NCBI RefSeq assembly: GCF_000011465.1
Contig: NC_005072.1
Location: 1 to 32,000 of the forward strand
Length of the DNA stretch: 32,000 bases
Reading direction: 5' to 3'
From: Prochlorococcus marinus subsp. pastoris str. CCMP1986
GTDB taxonomy: Bacteria > Cyanobacteriota > Cyanobacteriia > PCC-6307 > Cyanobiaceae
Part shown: positions 18,283 to 28,353 of the stretch, in pieces
Position numbering within the stretch: position 1 is the first letter of the stretch
Layout: each line of letters opens with the position of its first letter
Notes under the pieces: generated by a model
What the model was told of the DNA's origin: nothing
The model's database searches: none
Seen by the model: the letters and a program-made list of their open reading frames with translations, nothing else
Made by a program: the position numbers and the translations under genes

Positions 18283-19002
18283 ATGATTGAAAAACAATCA
18301 GATAATGTCGAAAATCTAGAAGATAATGTTTCTCAAGAGGTTAATAAAAATGAAGATTCCTCTGTGATTGAAAATCAAACCAGCGAAGATAAACAGACAC
18401 TAGAGGTAGATGATGAAAATATTTATGCAGAAGATTTAAAAAATACCATAACCAATAATGACGCAAGATTAGAACAATTAGAAAAAGAGCATGAAACTTT
18501 AAAAAGTCAGTATGTAAGAATTGCTGCCGATTTCGATAACTTTAGAAAAAGACAGTCTCGAGATCAAGATGATTTAAAAGTTCAACTTGTTTCCAAAGCT
18601 TTAACAGCAATATTGCCGATTGTTGATAATTTTGAAAGAGCAAGACAACAACTAAAACCCGAAAGTGAGGAGGCTCAAACATTGCACAGAAGTTATCAAG
18701 GACTATATAAACAATTAGTGGAAGTGTTAAAACAACAAGGAGTTTCTCCAATGAGGGTAGTTGCACAACAATTTGATCCTAAGTTACATGAAGCGGTTTT
18801 AAGGGAACCAAGTCAGGAGTTTAATGAGGATATAATTATTGAAGAATTACAGCGTGGATATCATTTAGAAGGTAAGGTGTTAAGACATGCATTAGTTAAA
18901 GTTTCAATGGGTCCTGGCCAACAAAATTCACAAGAGCCTGAAGAAAAGGATAAAGTTGAAGAAGATATTGATTCAGAGAATCCTATCTCTGAAGAAAATT
19001 AA
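18283..19002 (+). CDS. grpE: Nucleotide exchange factor GrpE
   Basis: 239-aa [35 protein letters not shown] and [11 protein letters not shown] match GrpE. Confidence 0.95.
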
Positions 19003-19033
19003 ATCCTTTTTATGAATAGTTGAGTATTATTTA

Positions 19034-20158
19034 ATGGCCGACTTTTATCAAATACTTGGTGTTTCAAGAGATGCTGATGCTAATACTTTAAAGAGTGCTT
19101 ATAGAAAGTTAGCAAGACAATATCATCCTGATGTCAATAAAGATCCAGGTGCTGAAGATAAATTCAAAGAGATAGGCAAGGCATATGAGGCTTTAGCTGA
19201 TCCCGAAACTAGAGCGAGATACGATCAGTTTGGAGAGGCTGGAATAGGGGGAGCTGCTGGTATGCCGGATATGGGTGATATGGGTGGTTTTGGAGACTTG
19301 TTTGAAACTTTTTTTAATGGCTTTGGGGGACAATCTTCACAAGGAGGTAGATCACAAAGAAGGGGACCACAACAAGGTGATGACTTAAGGTATGACTTAA
19401 ATATTGACTTTAAAGATGCTATTTTTGGACAACAAAGAGAAATCAATATACCTCATTTAGAAACTTGTGAAGTATGTAGAGGCACCGGAGCAAAAAAAGG
19501 CACAGGTCCAACAACTTGCACAACATGTGGCGGAAGTGGACAGGTTAGAAGGGCTACAAGGACTCCATTTGGTAATTTTACCCAAGTAGCAGAATGCCCA
19601 ACTTGTAATGGGGTTGGACAAATAATTTCAGATCCATGCACAAGTTGTGGTGGTAATGGTGTGAAACAAGTTAGAAAAAAATTACGTATTAATATTCCTG
19701 CAGGAGTTGATTCTGGAACTAAATTGAGAGTTTCTGGAGAGGGAAACGTTGGTCTAAAAGGCGGCCCACCTGGAGATCTTTATGTCTTTATTAAAGTTAA
19801 AAATGACTCAAATTTAAAAAGAGAAGGCATTAATATTTATTCAGAAATATCAGTAAGTTATCTTCAAGCTATCCTTGGTGATACTGTCGATATCATTACC
19901 GTTGATGGTAAGGTTAATTTAAAGATTCCAAGTGGGACCCAGCCAAATAGCACTTTATCTCTTGAGAATAAAGGAGTTCCTAGATTAGGAAATCCAGTTG
20001 CAAGAGGCAATCATCAGGTTTTAGTAAAAGTTAAACTTCCAACTCGAATTACAGAAGATGAACGAAATCTTTTAGAGGATCTAGCTTCAAAATATACTGA
20101 ACAGAATTCAAGTTCTAACAGTGGTTTGTTTAGTAGATTGTTTGGAAAGGATTCTTGA
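19034..20158 (+). CDS. dnaJ: Molecular chaperone DnaJ (type I Hsp40)
   Basis: 374-aa ORF. It has a J-domain with YHPDVN and a Gly/Phe-rich linker. Four CxxCxGxG repeats are present ([32 protein letters not shown]). Confidence 0.96.
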   Translation: MADFYQILGVSRDADANTLKSAYRKLARQYHPDVNKDPGAEDKFKEIGKAYEALADPETRARYDQFGEAGIGGAAGMPDMGDMGGFGDLFETFFNGFGGQSSQGGRSQRRGPQQGDDLRYDLNIDFKDAIFGQQREINIPHLETCEVCRGTGAKKGTGPTTCTTCGGSGQVRRATRTPFGNFTQVAECPTCNGVGQIISDPCTSCGGNGVKQVRKKLRINIPAGVDSGTKLRVSGEGNVGLKGGPPGDLYVFIKVKNDSNLKREGINIYSEISVSYLQAILGDTVDIITVDGKVNLKIPSGTQPNSTLSLENKGVPRLGNPVARGNHQVLVKVKLPTRITEDERNLLEDLASKYTEQNSSSNSGLFSRLFGKDS

Positions 20159-20388
20159 AAAAAGTTTCAAAGTTATTGGATTTAGAATCGATTCCTTGTC
20201 CTTTGAATGTTGTGAAATGTAAATTAGCGCTAGAGAAACTATCTTCAAATGAAACCTTGATAGTCCATTTAGATAAAGGAGAACCAGAAATCATGGTTAA
20301 AAGAGCTTTAAAAGAAATGAAATATTTTTTTAAAACTTTAGAAGAAAATCAAAAAACAATAAAGCTAGAATTTTTGCATGAAAGTTAA
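20155..20388 (+). CDS. TusA/SirA-like small sulfur-carrier-fold protein
   Basis: 77-aa ORF. The [27 protein letters not shown] pattern resembles the TusA CPxP motif with its active-site Cys. The TTG start overlaps the dnaJ TGA within the sequence TTGA. Confidence 0.65.
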   Translation: MKKVSKLLDLESIPCPLNVVKCKLALEKLSSNETLIVHLDKGEPEIMVKRALKEMKYFFKTLEENQKTIKLEFLHES

Positions 20389-21295
20389 TAAAAAATATAA
20401 GGGTCTTGTTACGAAAAAATTTAATGAATTTTATTTGGTTGAATTAGATAAATATGAGACCTCAGTTGCTAACAAAAAATTTTTATGCAAAATCAAGAAG
20501 TCTGTAAATTTTAGAAACCAATTCGTTTTCGTTGGCGATGAAGTGATTGTTTATCAAATTGATTTACAAAGTAAAAGAGCAACGATAGAAAGTTTAGTCA
20601 AAAGGAATAATCTTTTAGAAAGACCATCCGTTGCTAATATTTCAAATATATACGTCATTTGTTCTGTCGAAGAGCCAAAACTAAATTTATCTCAAGTCAA
20701 TAAGTTTTTAATATCTTCTGAGCAACTAGGGGTAGAGGTTTCATTGGTGCTTACGAAATGTGATTTGATAACAGAAGAAAAACGACTTTTGTTAATTGAA
20801 AAATTTCACCAGTGGGGATATCAAGCAATTACTTTAAATTTAAATAATCCTGAAAATTTAAGAACTTTATTGATCGAGTTAAAGAAGAAAAAATGCTCAA
20901 TATTTATGGGACCGTCTGGCGTTGGTAAAACTACTTTATTAAATATGATAATTCCAAACCTTGACAATAAAACTGCTCCCGTATCAAGCAAAATAAAACG
21001 TGGAAAAAATACGACGAGAAATGTTGAGCTATTTTCTTTATCAAGTAAAAGCTACATTGTCGATACACCTGGTTTTAATATTCAAACACTTGAAATAGAT
21101 ATTCGCGAATTATCTAATTTATATCCAGAAATTTATAAACAAGTAGTTAATGAAGGTATACATTGCAAGTTTCGTAATTGTTTACATGTAAATGATGAAG
21201 GTTGTAAGTTAAATAAAAATTTCGAAAGGTATACTTTCTATAAAGAAATGGTTGAATCATCTAAGAGTCATTATTGTCTAATCCAGGAAGATTAA
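20378..21295 (+). CDS. rsgA: Ribosome small-subunit-dependent GTPase A (circularly permuted GTPase)
   Basis: 305-aa ORF. G4 LTKCDL precedes G1 [12 protein letters not shown], which is the permuted motif order. DTPGF and the C-terminal zinc knuckle [14 protein letters not shown] are present. The ATG overlaps the tusA-like ORF by 11 nt. Confidence 0.93.
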   Translation: MKVNKKYKGLVTKKFNEFYLVELDKYETSVANKKFLCKIKKSVNFRNQFVFVGDEVIVYQIDLQSKRATIESLVKRNNLLERPSVANISNIYVICSVEEPKLNLSQVNKFLISSEQLGVEVSLVLTKCDLITEEKRLLLIEKFHQWGYQAITLNLNNPENLRTLLIELKKKKCSIFMGPSGVGKTTLLNMIIPNLDNKTAPVSSKIKRGKNTTRNVELFSLSSKSYIVDTPGFNIQTLEIDIRELSNLYPEIYKQVVNEGIHCKFRNCLHVNDEGCKLNKNFERYTFYKEMVESSKSHYCLIQED

Positions 21296-21611
21296 GATTT
21301 AAGCCACCAGTCAAGTCATTCATTCTCTCTTTCATTGTTGTAGTTGAACTTTCATGAGCTTTTTTGATAGCTTCTAATATGTTTTTTTCTATTTCTTCTT
21401 TATTAGCAGTTGAAATATTTTCATTGACTTCAACTCTTAGTGGGAGTTGGTTTCCGCTAATCCATACTTTTATCATTTCATCATCACTTTTACCTTCAAT
21501 TTCCATGCTTTCAAGCTCATCCTGTAATTTTTGTGCATTTTGTTGAATTTCTTTAGCTTTTTTAAAAGCCTCTGTTAGTTGTCCAAAATTTGGAAGTCCA
21601 AAACCTGCCAT
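21261..21611 (-). CDS. ybaB: YbaB/EbfC-family nucleoid-associated protein
   Basis: 116-aa [36 protein letters not shown] and the following beta region are typical of YbaB. Confidence 0.9.
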   Translation of the reverse strand: MAGFGLPNFGQLTEAFKKAKEIQQNAQKLQDELESMEIEGKSDDEMIKVWISGNQLPLRVEVNENISTANKEEIEKNILEAIKKAHESSTTTMKERMNDLTGGLNLNLPGLDNNDS

Positions 21612-21633
21612 TTTTATAAAAAAGTTTCTTTAA

Positions 21634-22524
21634 TTAAGGATAGTCAAAACCGATCATTCTTACTTCGGGTTCAAGAAAAATACCTTTTTTTTGTAGTACT
21701 TTTTGTTGAATTACTGTTATTAAATCTAAAATATCTTTCGAATTAGCAAAAGAGTTATTTACTATAAAATTTCCATGCATAGTTGAAATTTCTGCGCCGC
21801 CTATTTTAAAACCTTTTAATCCAAGTTCTTCAATTAATTTACCCGCATAATTATTAGTTGGATTTTTAAAAACGCTTCCAAAGCTAGGTAAATGGTAAGG
21901 TTGAGTATCGGTCTTTTTTTTAAGATTTTTCTGTGTAGTTTCTAATAATTGTTCAATATTTCCTTTTGGCTCAAATAGCAGTTTTGCACTTATAATCATG
22001 AGATTATTTTGCTGAAAAGGACTGAATCTGTATTGAAAATTGATATCTTTTTTTTCAATTTCTGATATTTTTAGAGTTTTAGTATCAATTACTCGAACTG
22101 ATAAAAGATTATTTGCCAACGATAATTGTTTTGAACCTGCATTCATGCAAATAGAACCTCCGACTGTGCCTGGAATTCCCACAGTCCATTCACCGCCTTG
22201 CAATCCTTTTTTTGCAAGTATATTTGACATTGTTGGTAGCATTACCCCAGCCTCTACTTCTACAATTCCTGAATGAGATTCAATTTTGATAGAGCGCATT
22301 TTTTTGGTACATATAGTTAGGCCTTTTAAGAAAATATTATTTATTAATAAATTTGAGCCAGCTCCTATTATTCGACATTTTTGATTATTTAAAGACGCCC
22401 AATTTATTAAATTGATGAATTCATCAGTATTATTTGGTTTTGAAAAATATTCCGCAAATCCACCAACTTTTATAGTCGTATAATTAGAAAGGTTTATTTT
22501 CTCTTTAAAAGTAATATTTTTCAT
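21634..22524 (-). CDS. murB: UDP-N-acetylenolpyruvoylglucosamine reductase
   Basis: 296-aa ORF. The FAD-binding domain is indicated by YTTIKVGG, IIGAGSNLL, GIPGTVGGSICMNAG and the C-terminal MurB domain PSFGSVFKNP. Confidence 0.93.
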   Translation of the reverse strand: MKNITFKEKINLSNYTTIKVGGFAEYFSKPNNTDEFINLINWASLNNQKCRIIGAGSNLLINNIFLKGLTICTKKMRSIKIESHSGIVEVEAGVMLPTMSNILAKKGLQGGEWTVGIPGTVGGSICMNAGSKQLSLANNLLSVRVIDTKTLKISEIEKKDINFQYRFSPFQQNNLMIISAKLLFEPKGNIEQLLETTQKNLKKKTDTQPYHLPSFGSVFKNPTNNYAGKLIEELGLKGFKIGGAEISTMHGNFIVNNSFANSKDILDLITVIQQKVLQKKGIFLEPEVRMIGFDYP

Positions 22525-22531
22525 TAATTAT

Positions 22532-23953
22532 TTAATTATTTAAAGTATTTTTATTTTTTAAAATTGACCATAAGTTATGACAATCTCCAGCCCCCATATT
22601 TATGATAAAATCATTTTTTTTGGTTAATTTAAAAAATTTTTCATTAATTTCATAATTATCTTTTAAACATGTAACATTCTTATTATTTTTATAAATAAGG
22701 TTAGCAATTAGTTGCGAGTCAATATTGTCAATATTTTTTTCTCCAGCTCCAAATATATTTGTTACGTAGATAACATCTGCTTTTGATAGTTCTTTCACAA
22801 ATTCATGAATAAATTGTTTTACTCTAGTAAATCTATGAGGTTGAAAAATAGCAATTAATCTTCCCTTTTCTTCCCTATCACTACTATTTTTATCTTTAAT
22901 AAATAACCTTGCTAAATCAATTGTTGCTTTAATTTCATTAGGATGATGTGCATAGTCATCATAAATTATTCTTTGATTTATTTCACCTCTAAATTCAAAT
23001 CTTTTTTTTGGTAACTTTAAAGATTCTGTATTTTTTTTTATTTCTTTAAAACTTACTCCAACCATCCTGCAGGCTGCTATTGCAGCAGTAATATTAGAAA
23101 GATTATGTAATCCAGGAACTGGAATGTTTATTATATCAATGAATTTGCCATGTTCATAATATTTACCAACGGTTTTGTCCTTATTTATAATATTTGGAAT
23201 TAATGAATAAGCAATATTATTACTTTCTTTAATAGACCATTGATTTTTGGAAGTAAAATTATTTTTTGTAAATTTACAATCATAGTTAATCAATAATTTT
23301 TGGCAGTTAGAAGCAAATTTTTTAAATGATGATAGAACTTCATCGATATTTGAGTAATGGTCACAATGATCAAAATCAATATTATTAATTATTCCAATAT
23401 CTGAATTGTAATTCTTAATTGTTCCATCAGATTCGTCAATTTCTGTTACTAAGTATTTTGTGTTTTCGATATGAGCATTGGAATCATAGATTGGGATTAT
23501 CCCACCAGTTATTGAAGAAGAATCATGTGTGCATAATTCTAATAGCGTTGAAAGGAAAGTACTTGTTGAGGTTTTCCCATGACTACCTGCTATTGATAAT
23601 GATGTGTAAGAGTTCATTATCATCGCAAGAATTTCTGAACGATGTTTTATCGATAAATTATTTTTTTTGCAAAAGCATAACTCTTCGTTTTCATCTTTAA
23701 TCGCAGAGCTAATCACACAATTGAGTGTATGATCCTGAAATTTTGAAATCACAAAATCAATATTTTTTTTAATTTGAGAATCAAAAATTATTGCTCCTAA
23801 TGTTTTTAAACTTTTTGTTTCTTTGTTTTGAATTAAATCAGACCCAGAGACTGAGTATCCCTTTTTTATTAATGCCATAGCGATTGCAGACATTCCAATA
23901 CCACCAATGCCAATAAAATGAAAATGATCTTTATGTCCTAATTTTTTATTCAA
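22532..23953 (-). CDS. murC: UDP-N-acetylmuramate--L-alanine ligase
   Basis: 473-aa ORF. HFIGIGGIGMSAIA, the ATP-binding GSHGKTSTS and DDYAHHP match MurC. The start is a TTG; there is no in-frame ATG before the GIGGIGMS motif. Confidence 0.93.
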   Translation of the reverse strand: MNKKLGHKDHFHFIGIGGIGMSAIAMALIKKGYSVSGSDLIQNKETKSLKTLGAIIFDSQIKKNIDFVISKFQDHTLNCVISSAIKDENEELCFCKKNNLSIKHRSEILAMIMNSYTSLSIAGSHGKTSTSTFLSTLLELCTHDSSSITGGIIPIYDSNAHIENTKYLVTEIDESDGTIKNYNSDIGIINNIDFDHCDHYSNIDEVLSSFKKFASNCQKLLINYDCKFTKNNFTSKNQWSIKESNNIAYSLIPNIINKDKTVGKYYEHGKFIDIINIPVPGLHNLSNITAAIAACRMVGVSFKEIKKNTESLKLPKKRFEFRGEINQRIIYDDYAHHPNEIKATIDLARLFIKDKNSSDREEKGRLIAIFQPHRFTRVKQFIHEFVKELSKADVIYVTNIFGAGEKNIDNIDSQLIANLIYKNNKNVTCLKDNYEINEKFFKLTKKNDFIINMGAGDCHNLWSILKNKNTLNN

Positions 23954-24149
23954 TTATCAAATTTAGACTTAAATCAAGATAACTTCTAAGTAATTGGAAT
24001 GGCATTTAATTTTTACAAAAAATGTTGGTTTTTTTATGAATTAATACAAAAATAGAATTATTTGCTTAATAAATTAAAAAATACTTACGTTATTGCACAA
24101 AATTCTGTATGATCAGCAACTTAGGTTAATCAATAAAAAATTTTTAATT

Positions 24150-25172
24150 ATGACTTTGCGTGTTGCGATTAATGGGTTTGGCAGAATTGGGCGAAACTTT
24201 ATGCGTTGTTGGTTAAGTAGAGGAGCTTATACCAACATCGAAGTGGTTGGGATTAATGTAACTTCAGACCCTAAAACTAACGCTCATCTGCTTAAGTACG
24301 ATTCAGTATTAGGAAAATTGGATGGAGTGGACATTCAATATACTGATGATACTTTTGTAATTAATAACAAGACTATCAAGTGTTTTTCTGATAGAAACCC
24401 AATGAATTTACCTTGGAAAGATTGGGGGGTTGATTTGGTTATTGAATCAACTGGTGTTTTTAATACTGATATTGGTGCAAGTAAACACCTTGAGGTAGGT
24501 GCTAAAAAAGTAATTCTTACTGCTCCTGGTAAAGGTTCAGGTGTTGGGACTTACGTAGTAGGTGTGAATGCTGATCAATATAAACATAGTGATTATGATA
24601 TTTTGAGCAATGCTAGTTGCACTACAAATTGTTTAGCTCCAGTAGTAAAAGTTCTTGATCAAACGTTTGGAATTAATAAAGGATTGATGACAACAATTCA
24701 TAGCTATACTGGTGATCAACGTATTTTAGATAATAGTCATAGGGATTTAAGAAGGGCTAGAGCAGCAGCTACAAACATTGTTCCTACTTCAACAGGAGCT
24801 GCTAAAGCAGTTGCTTTGGTCTACCCTGAGATGACAGGTAAACTCACTGGTATAGCTATGAGAGTACCTACTCCTAACGTTTCAGCTGTAGATTTCGTTT
24901 TTGAATCTTCAAAATCTGTTACTAGTCAAGAAGTTAATAACGCGCTTAAGGAATCTTCTCTGGGTTCTATGAAAGGAATTATTAAATACGGTGATGAGCC
25001 ACTGGTTTCAAGTGATTATGCAGGAACTAATGAATCATCAATAGTTGATAGTGATCTTACAATGTCAATTGGCGATAATCTTGTAAAAGTTCTTGCCTGG
25101 TATGACAATGAATGGGGTTATAGTCAAAGAGTTGTAGATTTAGCTGAGATAGTAGCTCAAAAATGGGAATAA
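24150..25172 (+). CDS. gap2: Glyceraldehyde-3-phosphate dehydrogenase, likely the Calvin-cycle NAD(P)-dependent Gap2 type
   Basis: The ATG at 24150 gives [16 protein letters not shown]. The active site [12 protein letters not shown] and C-terminal WYDNEWGYS are present. The 19 extra codons in the track ORF, starting at the TTG at 24093, look like upstream read-through. Confidence 0.94.
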   Translation: MTLRVAINGFGRIGRNFMRCWLSRGAYTNIEVVGINVTSDPKTNAHLLKYDSVLGKLDGVDIQYTDDTFVINNKTIKCFSDRNPMNLPWKDWGVDLVIESTGVFNTDIGASKHLEVGAKKVILTAPGKGSGVGTYVVGVNADQYKHSDYDILSNASCTTNCLAPVVKVLDQTFGINKGLMTTIHSYTGDQRILDNSHRDLRRARAAATNIVPTSTGAAKAVALVYPEMTGKLTGIAMRVPTPNVSAVDFVFESSKSVTSQEVNNALKESSLGSMKGIIKYGDEPLVSSDYAGTNESSIVDSDLTMSIGDNLVKVLAWYDNEWGYSQRVVDLAEIVAQKWE

Positions 25173-26159
25173 TCAAAAGTGAGAAAAAGACTTATTCTTA
25201 AGTAAATTTTTGTTATCACAGTTTTTAAAATTGACTGACACGTCTCCTTCGAGAAAGTATCCGATTTCCGTAATAGTTTGATCTTCATTTAAAAGATTAT
25301 TGGCCCATTTTCTTGGGAGAGAAAAAACTAGCTCGTAATCTTCGCCCCCAAAAAAATAATATTCGTCCCATTTATTTCCTGTAGGCCAATTTTTATGTTT
25401 AGGAACTTTTGCATAATCAATAATTGCTTTGCAATTACTTTCAGTTGCTAAATCTAATAATGCTTGAAATAATCCATCACTACTGTCAGTACAACCAATC
25501 ATTTTAATACTTTTATTAGTACGAGTTTTAAGTATTTTTTTAAGAAATTTAGGTTTAAGTTTTGGTCTGCAAAATTGTTGTAAAGAACTATTTATTAATG
25601 AGTGTGATAGTGCAATATCACTATCAAAAATTGTTTTACTTTTTATCATTAATCCTAATTTGCTAAGGCCATGAATGCCTGTAGTCAAAATAATTTCATT
25701 TGGTTTGCATGAGTTTCTTCGTAATTTAATTTCACCCTGTTTTCCTAGAGCAGTCATAGAGATTACTTTTTCTTTTCCCACAGAACAATCTCCTCCAAGA
25801 ATTAAGCCCCCAAAATAGTCTAAAGCTAGATTTATTCCTGTATATAAATCTTTAATCCAAAGCCAATCTGTTTTTGATGGGACTACTAATCCAATATTAA
25901 CTCCTATAATTTTGCTGCATCCACTTGAGATTAAATCAGATACATTACATGCTACGGCTTTCCATCCTATGTCTAAGGCAGAGATCGTATCATCATTAAA
26001 ATGTATATTTTCTACTAATGAATCAGTATTAATAAGTAAGTTTTTATTTTTAGCTTTAATGAATGCGCAATCATCAGAAACTTGATTTTTAGGCATAAAT
26101 TCAGCAAGCCTTTTTATTAATTCTTTTTCGCCAATATCCTCTAATAATTCTTTATGCAT
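25173..26159 (-). CDS. thiL: Thiamine-monophosphate kinase
   Basis: 328-aa ORF. GEKELIKRL..DDCAF...TDSLVENIHF and the AIR-synthase-like fold with GGDCS match ThiL. Confidence 0.88.
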   Translation of the reverse strand: MHKELLEDIGEKELIKRLAEFMPKNQVSDDCAFIKAKNKNLLINTDSLVENIHFNDDTISALDIGWKAVACNVSDLISSGCSKIIGVNIGLVVPSKTDWLWIKDLYTGINLALDYFGGLILGGDCSVGKEKVISMTALGKQGEIKLRRNSCKPNEIILTTGIHGLSKLGLMIKSKTIFDSDIALSHSLINSSLQQFCRPKLKPKFLKKILKTRTNKSIKMIGCTDSSDGLFQALLDLATESNCKAIIDYAKVPKHKNWPTGNKWDEYYFFGGEDYELVFSLPRKWANNLLNEDQTITEIGYFLEGDVSVNFKNCDNKNLLKNKSFSHF

Positions 26160-27243
26160 TTAATTTGAGTTTATCCATTCCATATAAAACATCAATTGAA
26201 ATTATTGTGTCATCTTTTGTAAGCTCTTCTAAAACATCAAAACCCTCTATTACGTAACCAAAGGCGGCATTCCTTCCATCAATTAAATTTCGACCTGCTG
26301 GATTTAGCTCTGCTTCGTATAAAAAGAAGAAAAACTGCGATGATCCATCATCAACAGCGGCACTGGAATGTGACCACCCCAAGGTTCCAAGAGTTGCAAA
26401 TGGCAAAGTCGGTGTTTCTGTATAAAGGCCTAACTCTTCAAAAGTTTCATTATAAAAAGTTTCGCTTTCGGTAGGTATTCTAATTTCTAGTGGAACATGT
26501 CTTTCCACATTTGTTTCGGGATCTATATATCCAATCTCATTACCAACTGGATCACCAGTTTGAAGAACAAAAAATTCTTCTGCTCTATTAATTGGCATAT
26601 TACTGTAAAAGTTTTTTGAAGATAAATCTATAAAGGCACCAGCAGTAAGCGGTGCATTAAATCCATCTATTATTGCTTGCATATCGCCTTTAGAAGTTTT
26701 TATATTTACTTTTGCTCTACCAAGTAATCTCGGAAGATGATCAAATTCGCTTGGAATAGAATAGGGAAATTCATTTGGTAAAAAATATTCCTCTAGTCCC
26801 CCTATTTTATCTAGTGCTTCTCTTCTGGTTGTTATGAATGAATATTTATCTTTAGATTTAGCTTCATCTTGAAGATTATCAAAATCATTTTTAAGATCTA
26901 AAAATGTGTTTTCTGCAATTTTTTGTTTTTCGTTTGGTAATTCCTCAATAATTCGACTCTTATATTTTTTTAGTAAAGATTGACATTTTGTAACAGTTTT
27001 TGAGAGAGCTGGCCATCTTCCCCCTCTTACAAGGTCACTTGTGTCCTCTAACTTATGTTGAATTTCCTGCAGCTCAACTTGCTTGATAGGGAGTGAATTT
27101 CTGAGTATTGCATTGGGATCTTTTACTGCGTTTCCAGTAGGTAAATCAGCGAATACTTGTGTTGGTTTTAAGAGGCAAACATGTATTAAAATTAGAATTA
27201 AGAATAAAAAATGTTTGTTCTGATTTGATAAGAAGTTTTGCAT
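26152..27243 (-). CDS. Cyclophilin-type peptidyl-prolyl isomerase with signal peptide and N-terminal helical domain (TLP40-like)
   Basis: 363-aa ORF. A hydrophobic leader [17 protein letters not shown] is followed by a ~150-aa helical region. A cyclophilin domain follows ([28 protein letters not shown]). Confidence 0.85.
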   Translation of the reverse strand: MQNFLSNQNKHFLFLILILIHVCLLKPTQVFADLPTGNAVKDPNAILRNSLPIKQVELQEIQHKLEDTSDLVRGGRWPALSKTVTKCQSLLKKYKSRIIEELPNEKQKIAENTFLDLKNDFDNLQDEAKSKDKYSFITTRREALDKIGGLEEYFLPNEFPYSIPSEFDHLPRLLGRAKVNIKTSKGDMQAIIDGFNAPLTAGAFIDLSSKNFYSNMPINRAEEFFVLQTGDPVGNEIGYIDPETNVERHVPLEIRIPTESETFYNETFEELGLYTETPTLPFATLGTLGWSHSSAAVDDGSSQFFFFLYEAELNPAGRNLIDGRNAAFGYVIEGFDVLEELTKDDTIISIDVLYGMDKLKLNA

Positions 27244-27286
27244 AGCACTCTTACAGGTTTATGATCCTTGGGTATGTAATACAGGA

Positions 27287-27847
27287 ATGATTTCCAGTAA
27301 CGATTTTCGCACAGGTACTACCATCGAGATAGATGGACAAGTTTGGCGTGTAGTAGAATTCCTACATGTCAAGCCTGGTAAAGGTTCTGCTTTTGTGCGA
27401 ACAAAATTAAAATCAGTTCGAAACGGTAATGTAGTCGAAAAAACTTTTCGAGCTGGAGAATCAGTACAACAAGCTGTTCTCGAAAAGTCTAACCTGCAAC
27501 ATACTTATGTGGAGTCAGGAGATTACGTTTTTATGGATATGATAAGTTTTGAAGAAACAAGACTCTCCTCTGATCAAATCGGTAGAGGTTCAAAGTATTT
27601 GAAAGAAGGTATGGAGGTTAATGTGATTTTTTATAAAGATAAAGTTTTAGAAGTTGAACTTCCAATCTCTATAACTTTAAAAGTTACAGAAACAGATCCT
27701 GGAGTTAAAGGAGATACTGCAAGTGGGGGTACTAAACCAGCTATTCTTGAAACAGGTGCTCAAGTTATGGTTCCTTTGTTTATTTCTGTAGGAGAAATGA
27801 TTAAGGTCGATACCCGTAATGATAGTTATCTTGGACGTGACAACTAA
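27287..27847 (+). CDS. efp: Translation elongation factor P
   Basis: 186-aa [38 protein letters not shown], with the conserved loop Lys, matches EF-P. Confidence 0.96.
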   Translation: MISSNDFRTGTTIEIDGQVWRVVEFLHVKPGKGSAFVRTKLKSVRNGNVVEKTFRAGESVQQAVLEKSNLQHTYVESGDYVFMDMISFEETRLSSDQIGRGSKYLKEGMEVNVIFYKDKVLEVELPISITLKVTETDPGVKGDTASGGTKPAILETGAQVMVPLFISVGEMIKVDTRNDSYLGRDN

Positions 27848-28353
27848 TGGCTATGAAATTAGATCATGATGACCTAGATCGCTTGATAGAAAAAATTTCT
27901 ACAAGTGATATTCAAGAATTTTCTCTAGAAGGGGAAGATTTTAAACTTGAAATAAAAAGAAATTTGTTTGATCAGAATCATTTAATTAACAATTCGACAA
28001 AAAACAATTCTTTGGAGAAGCAAATAATTACTTCTCAATCAACATCAACAGATAATATTACCCTGACAAGTAACCCTGAAGTATCTCAGGTGGCCCCTCC
28101 AGGGCGCTCAGATCTTACAGACATTACTTCCCCTATGGTTGGAACGTTTTATAGGGCTGCGGCTCCAGGAGAGGACCCATTTGTTGATTTAGGAAGTAAT
28201 ATTACTATTGGGCAAACGATTTGTATACTTGAAGCTATGAAGTTGATGAATGAAATCGAATCAGAGTTTAATGCTGAAATTGTAGAAATACTTGTTGAAA
28301 ATGGAACACCAGTAGAGTTTGGACAAGTATTAATGCGCGTTAAACAGTCTTGA
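27847..28353 (+). CDS. accB: Acetyl-CoA carboxylase biotin carboxyl carrier protein
   Basis: 168-aa ORF. The biotinyl-lysine motif EAMKLMNEIE is present, preceded by SPMVGTFYRAAAPGE. The ATG shares one nucleotide with the efp TAA (TAATG). Confidence 0.95.
   Translation: MAMKLDHDDLDRLIEKISTSDIQEFSLEGEDFKLEIKRNLFDQNHLINNSTKNNSLEKQIITSQSTSTDNITLTSNPEVSQVAPPGRSDLTDITSPMVGTFYRAAAPGEDPFVDLGSNITIGQTICILEAMKLMNEIESEFNAEIVEILVENGTPVEFGQVLMRVKQS

Noticed and set aside
287-23700. Seventeen short ORFs (60-109 aa) lie antisense or out of frame within well-supported genes. They are 287-469, 527-736, 1767-1949, 6920-7129, 7655-7900, 7794-8045, 8552-8791, 9570-9899, 11160-11342, 15363-15566, 18542-18766, 19225-19446, 19453-19641, 21364-21546, 22040-22276 and 23419-23700.
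   Set aside because: Each lies entirely inside a longer ORF with unmistakable family motifs. Their translations are low-complexity (Ser/Leu/Phe/Ile-rich) with no recognisable motifs. They are the expected by-products of AT-rich coding sequence.
24107-24120. An NtcA-like site, GTA-N8-AAC, upstream of gap2.
   Set aside because: The right half-site is AAC rather than the TAC of the GTA-N8-TAC consensus. The site lies only about 30 nt from the ATG, poorly placed relative to any -10 element. Such near-matches are frequent by chance in AT-rich DNA.
24093-24149. A 19-codon N-terminal extension of GAPDH starting at a TTG.
   Set aside because: The ATG at 24150 gives [15 protein letters not shown], the standard GAPDH N-terminus with its Rossmann beta1 strand. 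The extension has no signal or transit character.
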